Assembly: GCA_030141605.1 (NCBI GenBank)
Contig: JAQGDQ010000063.1
Span: 434,001-498,000 of the forward strand
DNA length: 64,000 nucleotides
Reading direction: 5' to 3'
Source of the DNA: Tubiluchus corallicola
Taxonomy: Eukaryota > Animalia > Priapulida
Each line of letters begins with the position of its first letter. Positions within the stretch are counted from its first letter, which is position 1. Below the pieces are notes generated by a model. That model was given only the letters and a program-made list of their open reading frames with translations, had not been told where the DNA came from and searched no databases. The position numbers were made by a program, and so were the translations under genes. Shown in pieces: positions 38,591-51,024 of this stretch.

Positions 38591-41500
38591 TGAAATCTTG
38601 AAGTCTAATAAAGTTGCCCAATAAATTATACTACTTCGCAAGATTTTGCGGGTCTATGGTTCACTGCAAGCCATTAAGCAGAATTCAAAGGCAAGTCTTA
38701 CTAACGTTATTTTATGGCAGGACCAGATCCTGGTTCATAATTAAGTTAATCCTCTGAGGTGAATACAGAGCCAGCGGAAGTGTCAGTCACATATAGGTAC
38801 ATGTTCATTGTACACAATAATTCATCTTGGTACAACAAGTATTTGAACATCTATGATGCAAGCCACAACTTCAAAAAAGATATTTAGCTAAATTTTACCT
38901 TTTGTGTTTGCTTGTTATAATCTATGTTTTCAGAATAAACCAATTTTATACAATAACCTGTAATCAGTATATTAAGTGTGCGATTGTTTTCATTGCAACA
39001 CAGTACTGAAGAGTAGTAACCTTACTTGTTGATTACGTTGAGTATTTGTTTTTGATAATTAAATTTCATTATGACAATAAAAAATTCTTATAGTTTTCTC
39101 GTATCTAAAATGTGTGTGCCCAGTTCTTGTTGCTGTGATGGTTTACTTTGCTGTAATCAAAACAATAACATTCGTTTCGGGTACTAATAAAAATCTTAAA
39201 CGTAATCCAAATAATCTTCATCACACCTGTAACGTACAGTAATCGTTGAAACTTGAAACCTTGTACACTCCAGAAGGCAGGCAGTGTTTGTGGCTTGCTA
39301 GCTTGATAAGAGTTCCAGCTTTCAAAAGCTTGAAATGCACAAATTTAGGATGCACTCATGAAGATTGATTGCTCTATTGCATTTTATAGCATTAATTAAA
39401 TCAGTTGTTACGATATCCATAATTCATTTACAGCATCAAAATAAATGTTAGTAAATTAAAAATGCTGATATGCTGTTTCACCTTTTCAAACAACTTGTTG
39501 CAAATACGTTAAAGGTATAGTGTAAACTAAATTTAAGAAAAAATATGTAACCTTATTTTACGTATGATTGTGTGAAATATATGAAATTGAACGATCAGTG
39601 AACTATTTAGTGAACGATCTTCAACCTTATTTGTTTTCAGTATCATCAAAAATATGGCAAAATTGTGACACCTTCAAAATAAAACAATACAAAAGGCAGA
39701 AAGTAGTTCCATCCTTAGTTCTCTTAATTCTCAGAGTACATAAAATACAAATAATTTTAACTTTGATACGGTTTTGTAAATGTATTTACAAGTAGACTGA
39801 CTTAATGACTGTATCTGTACAATAATAATTCTTATTCTACACAAACTCGCATATATTAGCTTTTTACCTTAATTTGGTTACATTTGCAACATGCTATGAT
39901 GCTCATTTTACACACAGAAAATTGATGTACATGTATGTATTATATCTATACTATTTACGTGCGTCAAGCTACTAAAACACTAGAAGACGCCTGCCATCTG
40001 TGTAGTGTTGAACGATTGCATAGATAAACTACAATACTGCATAAGCCCTCATACAGAAGGATTTGTACTATGTAAGTAAAATTTCACATGATTTACAGAA
40101 ATTATGATAAAATGGCAAACATTTGTTTCAAGGCAAAGCAGTAAAAACGTGATTTAAAGTGTCATAAGCTAAACTCTGAATAGTACTGTTTGTCTGATTA
40201 CAAGGAAAAGAAAGACTATAAAATGCTTATTTGATTACAGTAGTTTTTACATACTGACGTTATAATTATAAAAAAAAAAAGCTTTAAAAATTTTAAAACT
40301 GTATGAAATACTCAATATAAAAAGAAAGTGTCCTCTTCTGTGACCTTTCGTTTTCGTTACATCTGTTAGCTGAATACTTTTCAAAATGTTTACATACACA
40401 GACTCACACACGCACGCACTCACACACACACACACCCAAACCCACCCACCCAGGATGAATATCAATTGAACAATGTTGTGTGCGGGAGCAATAAAAAAAT
40501 TCCGATATTATAATTTGCTTATTTCAAATAATAAAACGTGTTTTTTAATAAAAGAAATCAACAGGCAATAGTAATGAATATAATTTACAGTCATGATGGC
40601 TCAATCAGTCATTGTTACAAAGCTATGTCGCTTCAGACCTAAATGAAGAAGTCATTTTCAAAATAACAAAGACAGTGTCTCTAACAGGTTTTACATGAGC
40701 TTAGTTACGTTTAGGTTAGGAAATGTCAATGTAAATTTATTTTCCACTTCACGGGCAATTATTGATCAAATAAAGGCAAAGGTCAACTGAAGCAAACAAA
40801 GAGAATCCATCAGAAGGATATCGATTAATTTTCCCGCCCATATTACCGAAATGATTGCCTTAGCTTAAGGCATTAGTAATACAAATGCAGCTAAATGTGT
40901 AATTAAAACACTTGCATTGTAACAGAGCTATAACATTAAAAGCTTACCCCTTGAACAAAAAGGTTATAAAAGTATTCAGATATAAATTTCCAGTAATTAG
41001 AAGTGTGTACTCATTTCTCAATAACTGAATCTCGAGTTTAATAAAATGTTATTCTGTTCATGCAAATAATTAGAATAAAAGTTACTTTAATATATTACAT
41101 CTACGTGTCAAGTAAAGCATAGCATAGATAAATCATCACTGTACTTGATTGGCCAACAATTACATCAGAAAATTTACCCTGTGTTAATAGATTACTGCTG
41201 TACAATTAAATTAATAATTATTAAAAATCTACTTCGGTCTAGCATAGAAACATTCATTTATAACAGCTAAAATACAACATGGCGAGATGCACTATCGCAT
41301 GCAATAACAATCAAGAGAAATCTTTAACTTGATAAAAATTCACAAATCTCATAAAATTACAATCAGACAATATTAATAAATATTGCACTATTATGAAAAT
41401 GCATCACCGTGTTCTACACACAGCTAAATATGGTAAATCATGATGATATGAACAGCATAACAGTGAAGCTCAGGCAAAATTTCCCTGTAAAACATGTTTA

Positions 41501-42266
41501 TGACATTTTTGAGTGAAGTTTTCACAACAAACTGTGCTGTAACAGCTGAACAAGCATGTTTACATTCGAATAAATTACTTATATGAATAAAAAATGAAAA
41601 TTTTGTGAAATAAGCGACACAAATCAAGGCAAAAGAACATTTATGTTGTGGAATTTCTTGAAAAAAAAATACATGCTATTCTAGTTTAATCCCTAAGATA
41701 AGAATTTTTCAGTTAAGCACCTATGTCTCTATAGTGTTAACAGGAGTTCCGCCTCTTCAACTGCATAAAAATAATAATTTTTTGTCATCACAAGTCTAGA
41801 ACATGTGTCGACAGGGAAAATTTACCACTTTCACAGCTTAATATACACATTAACAATAAGAAACTGTGAAAAAATGTCGGATGATAAAATATTTACATGA
41901 ATTTCCTACAATGGTGTGGCAAAATTCTGCTCATAAAAACAAAATGTAAACAGCAAAACTGTAACATTTTTACATACCTAACTATGAAACCACATAACAC
42001 AACTTAATCTCCTCGTTAGATAGCTCAGTCTCTCAAATTCTATAAATACTATTTACAACAGCAACATCAGTACCTAAATAATGTACAGCAACAAGACTAC
42101 ATTAACATGATATTATCAGCATCTGACAAATTGCCAAACATGCAAAAATAAATATATAAAACCAGTATACTGATTAGATCTACCCTAACTGTACAATAAC
42201 ACTCTTCCTGCAGCATTGATTTCAAGCAAAATATTCCATGATTAACAAATTATGTAAAAATGCCTG

Positions 42267-45200
42267 CTAACTTGGACCATTCACAATCGTTTCTTGTGCT
42301 GGTGTATGTGCAGCAACACTGTTTTCGTTATCATTATTCAACACTTCTTCGGAGTTTCGCATCCGTAAGCTATAACGTGTCGATGATGATGATGCTGTCA
42401 CTGCAACTTTTTTCACTTTAGATTTCTTTTTGTCTACAGTATCAGAGGCAGAATTAGCCATATGTTTCCGCTTTGCACTACCTTTAGGTCTACCACGCCG
42501 CTTTTTCCCCTTTTTAGTGCCTCTTTCATTAATTGTATAAAACTCACTGCCTTCTCGACGAATAATCATTTTTAATGCTAATTTTGGCCTGTCCTCATTT
42601 TCTACCGGAATGTCAGGTTTCTGTCGGAATTTTTCCTCACTAAACGCTACTGGATTAAATGCTGAGTATTTGTTGCCTTCACGTTTTACACGCAACTTCA
42701 ATGGTGGTGAAATCATAAGTTTTGGTTCATTGGCACTAGGTGGGTCTGTTTTGGGTGGTGGCACCCAAGCGGTTGTTGTAGTGTGATTTGTATTAAGTAG
42801 AGAGGTGGAAAGTGAAGTAGTCGCAGGAACCGTGTCACTTGCATTTGATGACATAATATTGTCTTCTACAACAGTTTCATACTTTCGCTTTTTAAATGGT
42901 TTACAGTACTCACTATCATTAATGACAACTTGTTTCACACTAGGTTCTTCAACCTTCACTTCTTCTACTGTTGCTTTAACTGATGGACTTTCAACAGTTG
43001 AATACGAGTTACCATCACGTTTCACTATAAGCTTAAGAGTGAGATCAGAAACTTTGCTATCAGTTGTCTCTGGTAGCTTATTCAAAACACCACCCATTAT
43101 GTTCTCTGTTTCAGCTGAATTATTATACAAATCACAAACCTTATCAGGTAGTCGAGTCACACGAATCTCAACATCTTTTGATTCAGACTTCCGCCGTGAA
43201 CCTTTCTCTTCTAAAGGCACTAATCTTAGTTGATTTGAACCTTCCTCGGTTGTTCGGACACCTTGATCAAGTTGTAGGTTCACATTAGCTTGTAAATTAT
43301 CACCTGCTTTTACTGAATGCTGATTTTCATTGGTATTTTGCCAGTTTGGTTGATGTTTGTCAAGTTTGAAGCGGAAACTTCGCAAATTAACACGATCACA
43401 GCTGTCATTAGCACTTGACTCATTGTCTTCAAAAGTAGGAACAACAGCAGGAGCTTCCTCACTAATTTTTATCAGGTCTGTACTGTTTTCTCCAGCAGAA
43501 ACTTCAGATGCTGATGCCATGTCAGATTTATTTCTCGGACTCCTTGAAATATCCCTCTTTTCTACAAATGAGTCCAAATCACCGAGGTCATCATCAAATA
43601 AGTACGGATCAAAAGACGAATCCGACTGCTTCACAAGAGCACTAGATATGGTATCGACTTTCTTTTTAGAGGGTTTCTTTGGGGCACCAGTATGTTTTTT
43701 ATCCTTGCGCCACGGTGCAGCAATAGCATCTTTTGCCTTCTGCTTCAAGTTTTTAGTTTCTGACCAAGTCACGCCTGATTTCTTGTGCATGTCCCTGGGA
43801 GAGGAACTAATATTTTGACGAGAATACTTTGGTTGTCTATTTGACAGGACAGACACAGCTTGCTGAAGACTAGATAAACTGGTGTTTAGCTCTTTGCTTA
43901 ATGACAAACCAGATGGTAACATGTTGTCAGGTTCTTGATGTAACTGCACTGGCTTGTCCACGACTAAATGTTGTTCTGATTTATTTAAACCTTGAGCTAA
44001 TCGCTGTAGGAATGTGTCACTCTCCTCTCTATCAGTCATTGGCTGCTGCTGATCAGATGCTGTTACTTGCGCAACTACACTACTGTCATTTGTGGAATAA
44101 CTGTAAGGTGGCGGAGGTGGACGCACCAAAGGTGGTGTCAATGCACTACTGTCTCTAATTAATTGCCTGTTCTCAGTAAATCCAGACAGAAATCGCCCAC
44201 TATCTCCAACCTGTTCATTCCTGGTATGAATTTCACTGGGCTGTCGTAAAGAATCATGTATGGAAGGAATATCATGAAATGTAGATGTAAATAATGAAGC
44301 TTGTTGGTTGTCTGACACAATTCTTGCTGCTCCTGAATTCATAGAGAGCTGGTTCGGCATTCTTTCAGCACCGGGCATGAGGCACGGTGGCAAGGATCCA
44401 AATATATGTGGTTGCGGTGCGCGTTCATTAAAAAGTGTTTGCGACCAAAATTTTCCTTCACTGTAGTGGCTCAAACTGCTAGGTTCGCTGGGATTAGGTG
44501 ACTGTTGTGGTAAATGAGGTGGCTGTTGTTGCTGTAAGTGTGAAGATATTTGTTGAAAAAATGGCATTTGATTTCGATGACGAGGCATACTGCCTCCATA
44601 TTGTACAGCATAAGTCTTTCTGCATTCTTCCACATTAGCTGCATTTCTATCAAAATGCATCAGTTTATTTTGTGGTGGCACGTCAAACCGGGAAATCAAA
44701 GAAGGCTGAGGAACACTCTGCTGGCTATCTATACTACCAAAAACTGGCGAGCTAAATGCTTGTTTCCCAGGTTCCATAACATGCCCGCCTAGAGAAGATG
44801 AATTTACTGGAAGGACACTCTGTGTTAAACTTGGAGACTGGGCAGTTGAACTAGGACTTGAAAGTGGTAACTGAGGTGGAATAATTTCTTTAAAAGTTGA
44901 AAGAAACCTACTCGGCTTGTCAACTTTAGGAGATTTGGCACTTGTAGAATCTAAGCTGTCTTTATGCTTATCAGTAATCTGAGCTTGTTTTAATTCACTC
45001 TGTGCTAATTGCGAAAAGCTTGATGTAACTGCACTTGCTGTTTCCTGCTGAGTAAACAAAGAAGTTACAGGACTTACATTCATGTTGGCCTGTGTGCCTG
45101 CTACTAAGACAGACTTACTCATCAATGGTTGATTTTCTTTCTCACTAACACACGATAGACTGCTTTCCATTGTTGTAGAAAATGGAATTTCCATGTGCGC

Positions 45201-48200
45201 TTTCACGGCAGTTTCTTTGTCGATGTCTTTTACTTCCATCACATTTTCTGACTTATCTTTCGACAAGTGCTCATCAATTTTGTTTGATTTTTCTATCTGG
45301 TTGACTTTTCTGTTTGCATCTTTTTGGATCATGTCACCTTTTTCCTTTACTGCCAATTCTTTCTGACTTTTCTTAATTTCTGTTTGCTTCTTGGATTTAG
45401 CAAGTTCCATCTCTTCAGCTATCTCTGTGATTACATCAACATATTTACCTTCCTTTTCTCTTCTTTCAGGCAACTGAAAGCAAACTTCAGAACTGTCGGG
45501 CTCACATGGATTTAAGGGTAAAGGAGAATGTCGTTTTTGTAGTTCAGGCAATGATTCTTGAGAAGAACTGAGGTGATCCAGTTTTGGAGATTTCTTTGGA
45601 CTAGGCCGTGCATCAACACGTACAAAAGGTGAAGCAGCATCAACAACTTGTGATTTCAAACTTGGTGGTCCAGATGAACCACCAACAGAATCTGAAGGAT
45701 CTCTGAAAGGCAATACGGGACTGGGAAGTGGAGAAGGTGAAGAATAAGGAGAAGGTAAAGCAGGTGGACCAGGTGATGATTCAAACTCTTGCAATTTCTT
45801 CGGTGTTGACGTCTTCCTCACTTTGAGCCAATTTTCCTTTGTGCATACTGGCAGTTCCTCCTCGTTCAACGAAGCTTTCTCTAGTTTTGAAAGTTTTTCT
45901 TCTGTTACACTGTCTGCTTTGACTTTGCTGGAATCATCATTCTTGCTGGATTGTTTTGATGTGGAAAGCAAATCAGATTTTGTCTTTAAGTCATCTCTTG
46001 TAGAACCGACCCTGGGTTTTGAAGCCTTGCCTACTCCATGCCTTTCTTTACTATCGTGTTTCTCTTTACCTGATTTTGATTCAGTTGCTTCACCTTTTTC
46101 CTTATCCTTATCTTGATCTCTGGACCTACGTGCCATATATCTACCCATGGCCATGGCCTCAAGATCAGGTTGCAAGTCTTGAGACCACATTTCCAAACCA
46201 CGAAGCTCACGGGGAACTTTTAAGAATGCATCAGGTACATCAGAAGAAGTACTTGACTCTGATTTTCCAGAGATTTTCCTCTTTTTATCTACGGATTTGT
46301 GTTCTGTCGTAGCACATTTTTGTTCGTGCACTAATAAGGCCAATCCCCTTTTTTCTTTAGTTACACTAGTGTCTTGGGAGTTACACCTCCTTTTGTCTAA
46401 ATCATACGAATATTTCGCCGAATCGACTCTTTCTAATAGAATTTCAGGTCTCAGGTCCTTCGGCTTAGGTTTTAAACCAAATTCTTTCACTCTTACTTCA
46501 TTTTCTTCATTTTCCAACTGTTCCATCAGTGCCTGTCTGAATTTATTCACCTTTGGTTTTTTGCCTGCTCCAGCTGAATAATCAAGTTCTTTGAGTGAAG
46601 GCTTTCTTGGGTAATCAGCATCGGAGAAAAGATCAGCCCAAAGATCTGCTTCTGCCTTGTCCATTCCACTCACCTTGCCAGACGACTCTTCTATTGATTT
46701 AGAAATTGTTTTTTCACTTTCCTTTAACACAATGCCGACAGTATCTTGTGCTTTAGATTTAAATTTTGCTTTGCTAAGTAATTTGCTCTTATTTTTCTCA
46801 AAAGTGTCAGTGCTTTCTCGCAAACTCAATTCAGGTGCATCTTTTTTATGACTGGAAATAGTATCTTTTTGCTTTTTAGCACTCTGCTGTTTATGCATTT
46901 CATTCTGAAAGTTTTCAAAGTTTTTGTCAGACAAGCTAATATTTCTTTCTCTTTCTGCCGATTTTTCACCGTGCTTGCTCAACAAAGTTTTCTTTTCTTT
47001 TTCAAAAAAATTGTCTTTCTTATCACAACTGGGCTTACTTGACGGCACAATTCGTGATTTAGATGAAGATAACACATCTGATTCCTTTTTACTTAAAGGC
47101 TCATTACTTTTAAGTTTATTACTGGACGATAATTTGGATTTCTGCTGTGAAACTTGCTGTTTCTCACTGATACTGTTTGATGCCTTATTGATCTTGTTCT
47201 CTTTCAGAGGTTTTTCCTTCTGCAGGCACTTTGCTTTTTGTCCTGGCTTTTGAGATTTTGAGTTCTCTGAACGGGCTGTATCGTGAGAGACTACTGAACT
47301 TTTACCACTTTTATCTGGTGATGTAACATTGGTCAAGCGAGCAACAGAACCTGCACTGCTGGAACTACTATCACTACTTTCAGTATCACTTTCAGAAGAC
47401 GATGATTCAGAAGAGCTTGATGATGATGAGGACAACGATGATGATGAGCTACTAAGTGGACGCCTTGAAAGCTGAGGCAATTCTAACAATTTAGAGTCTC
47501 TGCCTTTTGGCCTTTCAAACAATCTTCCCATATTTTCAGAATCAACTGGTTTGTTTACATAACTCTGAAACACTGATGAACTATCAATTGCGCCATTTAA
47601 AAATGGCTTTGACGAACATATTGTTTGTGCTTTTGATTGACTAAATTTAGGATTCTTTCGCCTTTTTGGCTCAGGGAGTTCTTTCATTTCTGCTTTTGTT
47701 TTCACTTTTATAACATGTTCGGGAGCAAAAGACTGTTTACTATCACTCTCTCCATCTCTATCACTGTCAGAAAGCTCATTCATTAATTCTCGTAATGGAG
47801 AAAGCATTTGATTTGATTCACTACGTGACAACTTCTTAGCAAGATACTCTTTCCTGCTTTTATTCTTCCTTGGCATCCTTTTGTTTGACCAGTCTTTTAC
47901 TGTCACACCTTCCCTTTTATATTTTTTAGTTCTGTCAAAATCAGTAGTTTTCTTAGCTTTTGTTGCAAACATTTTATTCTCATCATGAGAATTCTTCGAA
48001 GATTGAGCGATTCGGTTTAATCTTCTCGAAAATTCCAAGTCTGACGCTGGAGAGTTTTCTAAACTCTCATCACCACAAAGCTGCAACCTAGAATACACCG
48101 TGAGGCTATTGTCGGTAGTATCTGTTAAAAGTTTATTGACAGCTTGTGGATCATCTGGAGGAAGCCTTAGTAAGCGGTCGTACACTGAATCAAAATGACT

Positions 48201-48353
48201 AGCATTAATAACGTCTTCAACTTCAGAATCACTCAAGTCAGAGCCACGCTCAGTGATTATCTCTTTCTGCTTGTCAAACACTTCTTTTTGCATATTGTTA
48301 AATGTACGGCACATCTTCTCTCGCCGAGTGACCATATAGCACAAATTTCGTAC
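42267..48353 (-). CDS. JADE: JADE-like terminal coding exon 14 (6087 nt, 2028 aa; VRNLCYMVTRREK then S/K/E/P/Q-rich disordered tail with AT-hook)
   Basis: Uninterrupted 2025-aa ORF in the track, extended 3 codons to a TTTTCAG acceptor at 48354-48355. It continues the LRQDLER-VRNLCY motif. Confidence 0.93.
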   Translation of the reverse strand, partial: VRNLCYMVTRREKMCRTFNNMQKEVFDKQKEIITERGSDLSDSEVEDVINASHFDSVYDRLLRLPPDDPQAVNKLLTDTTDNSLTVYSRLQLCGDESLENSPASDLEFSRRLNRIAQSSKNSHDENKMFATKAKKTTDFDRTKKYKREGVTVKDWSNKRMPRKNKSRKEYLAKKLSRSESNQMLSPLRELMNELSDSDRDGESDSKQSFAPEHVIKVKTKAEMKELPEPKRRKNPKFSQSKAQTICSSKPFLNGAIDSSSVFQSYVNKPVDSENMGRLFERPKGRDSKLLELPQLSRRPLSSSSSSLSSSSSSSSESSSSESDTESSDSSSSSAGSVARLTNVTSPDKSGKSSVVSHDTARSENSKSQKPGQKAKCLQKEKPLKENKINKASNSISEKQQVSQQKSKLSSSNKLKSNEPLSKKESDVLSSSKSRIVPSSKPSCDKKDNFFEKEKKTLLSKHGEKSAERERNISLSDKNFENFQNEMHKQQSAKKQKDTISSHKKDAPELSLRESTDTFEKNKSKLLSKAKFKSKAQDTVGIVLKESEKTISKSIEESSGKVSGMDKAEADLWADLFSDADYPRKPSLKELDYSAGAGKKPKVNKFRQALMEQLENEENEVRVKEFGLKPKPKDLRPEILLERVDSAKYSYDLDKRRCNSQDTSVTKEKRGLALLVHEQKCATTEHKSVDKKRKISGKSESSTSSDVPDAFLKVPRELRGLEMWSQDLQPDLEAMAMGRYMARRSRDQDKDKEKGEATESKSGKEKHDSKERHGVGKASKPRVGSTRDDLKTKSDLLSTSKQSSKNDDSSKVKADSVTEEKLSKLEKASLNEEELPVCTKENWLKVRKTSTPKKLQEFESSPGPPALPSPYSSPSPLPSPVLPFRDPSDSVGGSSGPPSLKSQVVDAASPFVRVDARPSPKKSPKLDHLSSSQESLPELQKRHSPLPLNPCEPDSSEVCFQLPERREKEGKYVDVITEIAEEMELAKSKKQTEIKKSQKELAVKEKGDMIQKDANRKVNQIEKSNKIDEHLSKDKSENVMEVKDIDKETAVKAHMEIPFSTTMESSLSCVSEKENQPLMSKSVLVAGTQANMNVSPVTSLFTQQETASAVTSSFSQLAQSELKQAQITDKHKDSLDSTSAKSPKVDKPSRFLSTFKEIIPPQLPLSSPSSTAQSPSLTQSVLPVNSSSLGGHVMEPGKQAFSSPVFGSIDSQQSVPQPSLISRFDVPPQNKLMHFDRNAANVEECRKTYAVQYGGSMPRHRNQMPFFQQISSHLQQQQPPHLPQQSPNPSEPSSLSHYSEGKFWSQTLFNERAPQPHIFGSLPPCLMPGAERMPNQLSMNSGAARIVSDNQQASLFTSTFHDIPSIHDSLRQPSEIHTRNEQVGDSGRFLSGFTENRQLIRDSSALTPPLVRPPPPPYSYSTNDSSVVAQVTASDQQQPMTDREESDTFLQRLAQGLNKSEQHLVVDKPVQLHQEPDNMLPSGLSLSKELNTSLSSLQQAVSVLSNRQPKYSRQNISSSPRDMHKKSGVTWSETKNLKQKAKDAIAAPWRKDKKHTGAPKKPSKKKVDTISSALVKQSDSSFDPYLFDDDLGDLDSFVEKRDISRSPRNKSDMASASEVSAGENSTDLIKISEEAPAVVPTFEDNESSANDSCDRVNLRSFRFKLDKHQPNWQNTNENQHSVKAGDNLQANVNLQLDQGVRTTEEGSNQLRLVPLEEKGSRRKSESKDVEIRVTRLPDKVCDLYNNSAETENIMGGVLNKLPETTDSKVSDLTLKLIVKRDGNSYSTVESPSVKATVEEVKVEEPSVKQVVINDSEYCKPFKKRKYETVVEDNIMSSNASDTVPATTSLSTSLLNTNHTTTTAWVPPPKTDPPSANEPKLMISPPLKLRVKREGNKYSAFNPVAFSEEKFRQKPDIPVENEDRPKLALKMIIRREGSEFYTINERGTKKGKKRRGRPKGSAKRKHMANSASDTVDKKKSKVKKVAVTASSSSTRYSLRMRNSEEVLNNDNENSVAAHTPAQETIVNGPS

Positions 48354-48512
48354 CTGAAAAACAATGAAAATTTCAAGTAAGAAATTTCTTAAAATATAAA
48401 AGTAATCGTTTTTAACACCTTGCAGCTAGCAGTTGAAAAAAATCAGGCAATTAGCCAGAGAAGCACCTGTAATGCAAGTACTATAATTTATTAGAAAAAC
48501 CAAGAAACTTAC

Positions 48513-48638
48513 CCGTTCTAAATCTTGTCGCAGTTGTACAAACATTTTTAGTCGTGCACAAAGACTGTCCTCCTGTTGTTTAGTAAGTATTTCTGCTTCT
48601 TCTGATTTAGGAGGCAAAAGAGGACGACTAAACTCCAA
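48513..48638 (-). CDS. JADE: JADE-like coding exon 13 (LEFSRPLLPPK...LKMFVQLRQDLER)
   Basis: EPcII helix (ING/MEAF6-binding region in JADE/BRPF); TTTCAG acceptor, GTAAGT donor. Confidence 0.95.
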
Positions 48639-49127
48639 CTGAAAAATAAAACACTTCAGTTAAAATATCATTTATGATTCGCTTTTAATGTAAACCACAA
48701 GAAAAAATGATCACAACAATACCAACATCAACAAACTGGTTGACGCAGCTCAGCCCAAACATAATGATGACCTCATAATAGCGGTCACACTATAAAATTA
48801 CAAATTTTGACTTTTAAACATCTTTTAGATAGTTGTCCGAGGTACCTGAATTCATGTTCACTACAGCAGCACATTTGGAGGTAGATTTTGAATACAGAAA
48901 ACTATTTTTGCCATTTTTAGGAAACTATGATGACCTGACAACTGAGTGTTGGACAACAGTATGAAGCCTTCAGACTTGCTTATGAAACATTAATATCTAG
49001 CATTTCTGTGAAATCATAAAATACAATAAAAAATTCCCCGAGAAAATTCCATTGAACAACCAGATAAAAAATGCACATGAGTAAAAGAGTAATATGAATA
49101 CAAACATTGCAAGACACACAAAATTAC

Positions 49128-49248
49128 CTTTCGTTTCAATTTCCAATATTCAGTGACAAGATCAACTTGATCTCGTTCAATATCTAACACGTCTGCTACA
49201 TGTTTCATATTCACATACTTGTAAAACTCTTCTTGAATCTCCAAAATC
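49128..49248 (-). CDS. JADE: JADE-like coding exon 12 (ILEIQEEFYKYV...EYWKLKRK)
   Basis: EPcII YWKLKRK motif; TTTTAG acceptor, AAG|GTAA donor. Confidence 0.95.
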
Positions 49249-49449
49249 CTAAAAGTGATAATCATTCACTGTAACACGAAACTTCTGAACACCAATACTG
49301 CCTTGGTATTTCTTATTAACAATTAATTATTAACAATCACATTTTTATTAACAAAGCCGGCATAAACAGCAAATTTAGTAGTTAAAAAATTATATGTACA
49401 CAACAACTGTGACTAATTTTGAAAGAATAAAGGAAAATGGAAAATCATT

Positions 49450-49968
49450 TTAGAAAACCAATCCCAAGGCATTTTATAATCCCATGTATTTTGGGATTGC
49501 ATTTTTTAACCATGGGTAAAATAACCGAGTGAAATATAACCACAACATCATTAGTAAACATTATTATGAATAAGAAACTCTTTCGTTTTGTTTGGTAACA
49601 GCAACTTATTTTTGTTTCTGCAATTCTGCATGTGAGGCAACAAGCGTTTTCTTGTGGTGAAACATTGTGCCACAAACACGTATTTCCACCCATGAGGTTT
49701 TTAATGTTGCTCTAAAATTGACGATATGAAGTTACAAAATTTGTATTTAAACAGTATTATCATTGAAATAATATGAGAAAAACTGAGAAAACTTGAAAAA
49801 TTTAAATTTTTGATAATTTATCTGCAACATTTTCTTTGAAGACCTCAAAATAATAAAAGCACCAATCCAAAATAACCAAATATCAATCCCGAAAACCTTG
49901 AAATTGAAATGTTTCAATCCCAATTCATGGATCTGGGGACCCCTAACTGTCGGGATTGGAAACCCTAG
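49450..49968. mobile_element. Degenerate hAT-like MITE (TAGGGTTTCCAATCCC terminus, AATCCC/GGGATT subterminal repeats)
   Basis: GGGATTGGAAACCCTA at ~49953-49968; CCAATCCC and AATCCC..GGGATT near 49458-49500. Confidence 0.5.
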
Positions 49969-50091
49969 CAAAAACACTAACTTCAGTTAATTAGCTGCAT
50001 GTTAATCAAAGCCAGAATATTTGATAATGAGCATAGAGTCGTAACATTTTGGAACTCTAGGAATTCTGCAATTATGGAAACATGAAGTAAC

Positions 50092-50216
50092 CTTTTGGCT
50101 CGCTCATTTGTTCTTTCTTCTTCTGTCATATCTTTCTCATCCTTTACCGGAGAAGCTGCTCTAGGAGGGCCGATCTTGCGTTTGTTATGGACACCTCCAT
50201 GTTTGCCACAATAAGC
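50092..50216 (-). CDS. JADE: JADE-like coding exon 11 (AYCGKHGG...EEERTNERAK)
   Basis: Supplies the terminal YCxKH of ePHD2. CTAG acceptor, AG|GTTACT donor, phase 0->2. Confidence 0.9.
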
Positions 50217-51024
50217 CTAGACATAAAAAATCAGCAAAAACTCGTAAAATAAATGCTCATCTCAATACTTCAAAGAAATATAAACGAGCACAACTCAAAG
50301 ATGCACGTTTTGGGATACAGGGAAATTGAAACCCTAATCAGATTCCTCCCGATGACTCGTGGTGCAGTGTAAATAATGAGTTGTTTTGACAAGTCAGTAG
50401 CTCTTCTAATTAAATTATTTTAATTTGTCTAAAATAATTCAAGCTAGTAGATATTTTTTAACAAAACTGAAATGTTGCAAGTTGTAACTCAAACATCGAA
50501 AGTGTACGAGTTTTTGTTATAACAGTGCTATGAACAGTATACCCAGTTAAAAATAACATATAAAACAACACCTTCCATTAGCTATGCTTCTTTACAAGGC
50601 ATCAGTGCAATTAACAGAAATTCATTGAGTAAAACAAAGAAAAAAATTATAGTTAAAATGAAAAATTCATCATCAAGTGGCAATGCAGTATCAAATGTCA
50701 TCATCGTCAAAGGAATTGTCGCAAAATGTTACGTTAAAAAATTATTTAAAAAAAATTGTAATGCATTTAAATGAACTTTTATATAAAAAAATAGCCACTT
50801 CTAGCAAATAAAGCTCAAACGACTGTCTTAATACTCATTTACTGCATTTAACATTTAAAATAAACAGTTGCCTCGCAAATAACCTCAGTTTTTGGTACCA
50901 ATATTTTTCAATAGCACTAGAGAATGCAATGAAACAAAAAAGAAATATGTCCTTTATTTTTGCAGGTAAACCGTATTTTCTTTCACACAGATTAATTTTC
51001 AAGATGTCCATGACAACAACAACG

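Noticed and set aside
42805-47253. Plus-strand ORFs overlapping the large exon
   Set aside because: Antisense shadows of the JADE coding exon.
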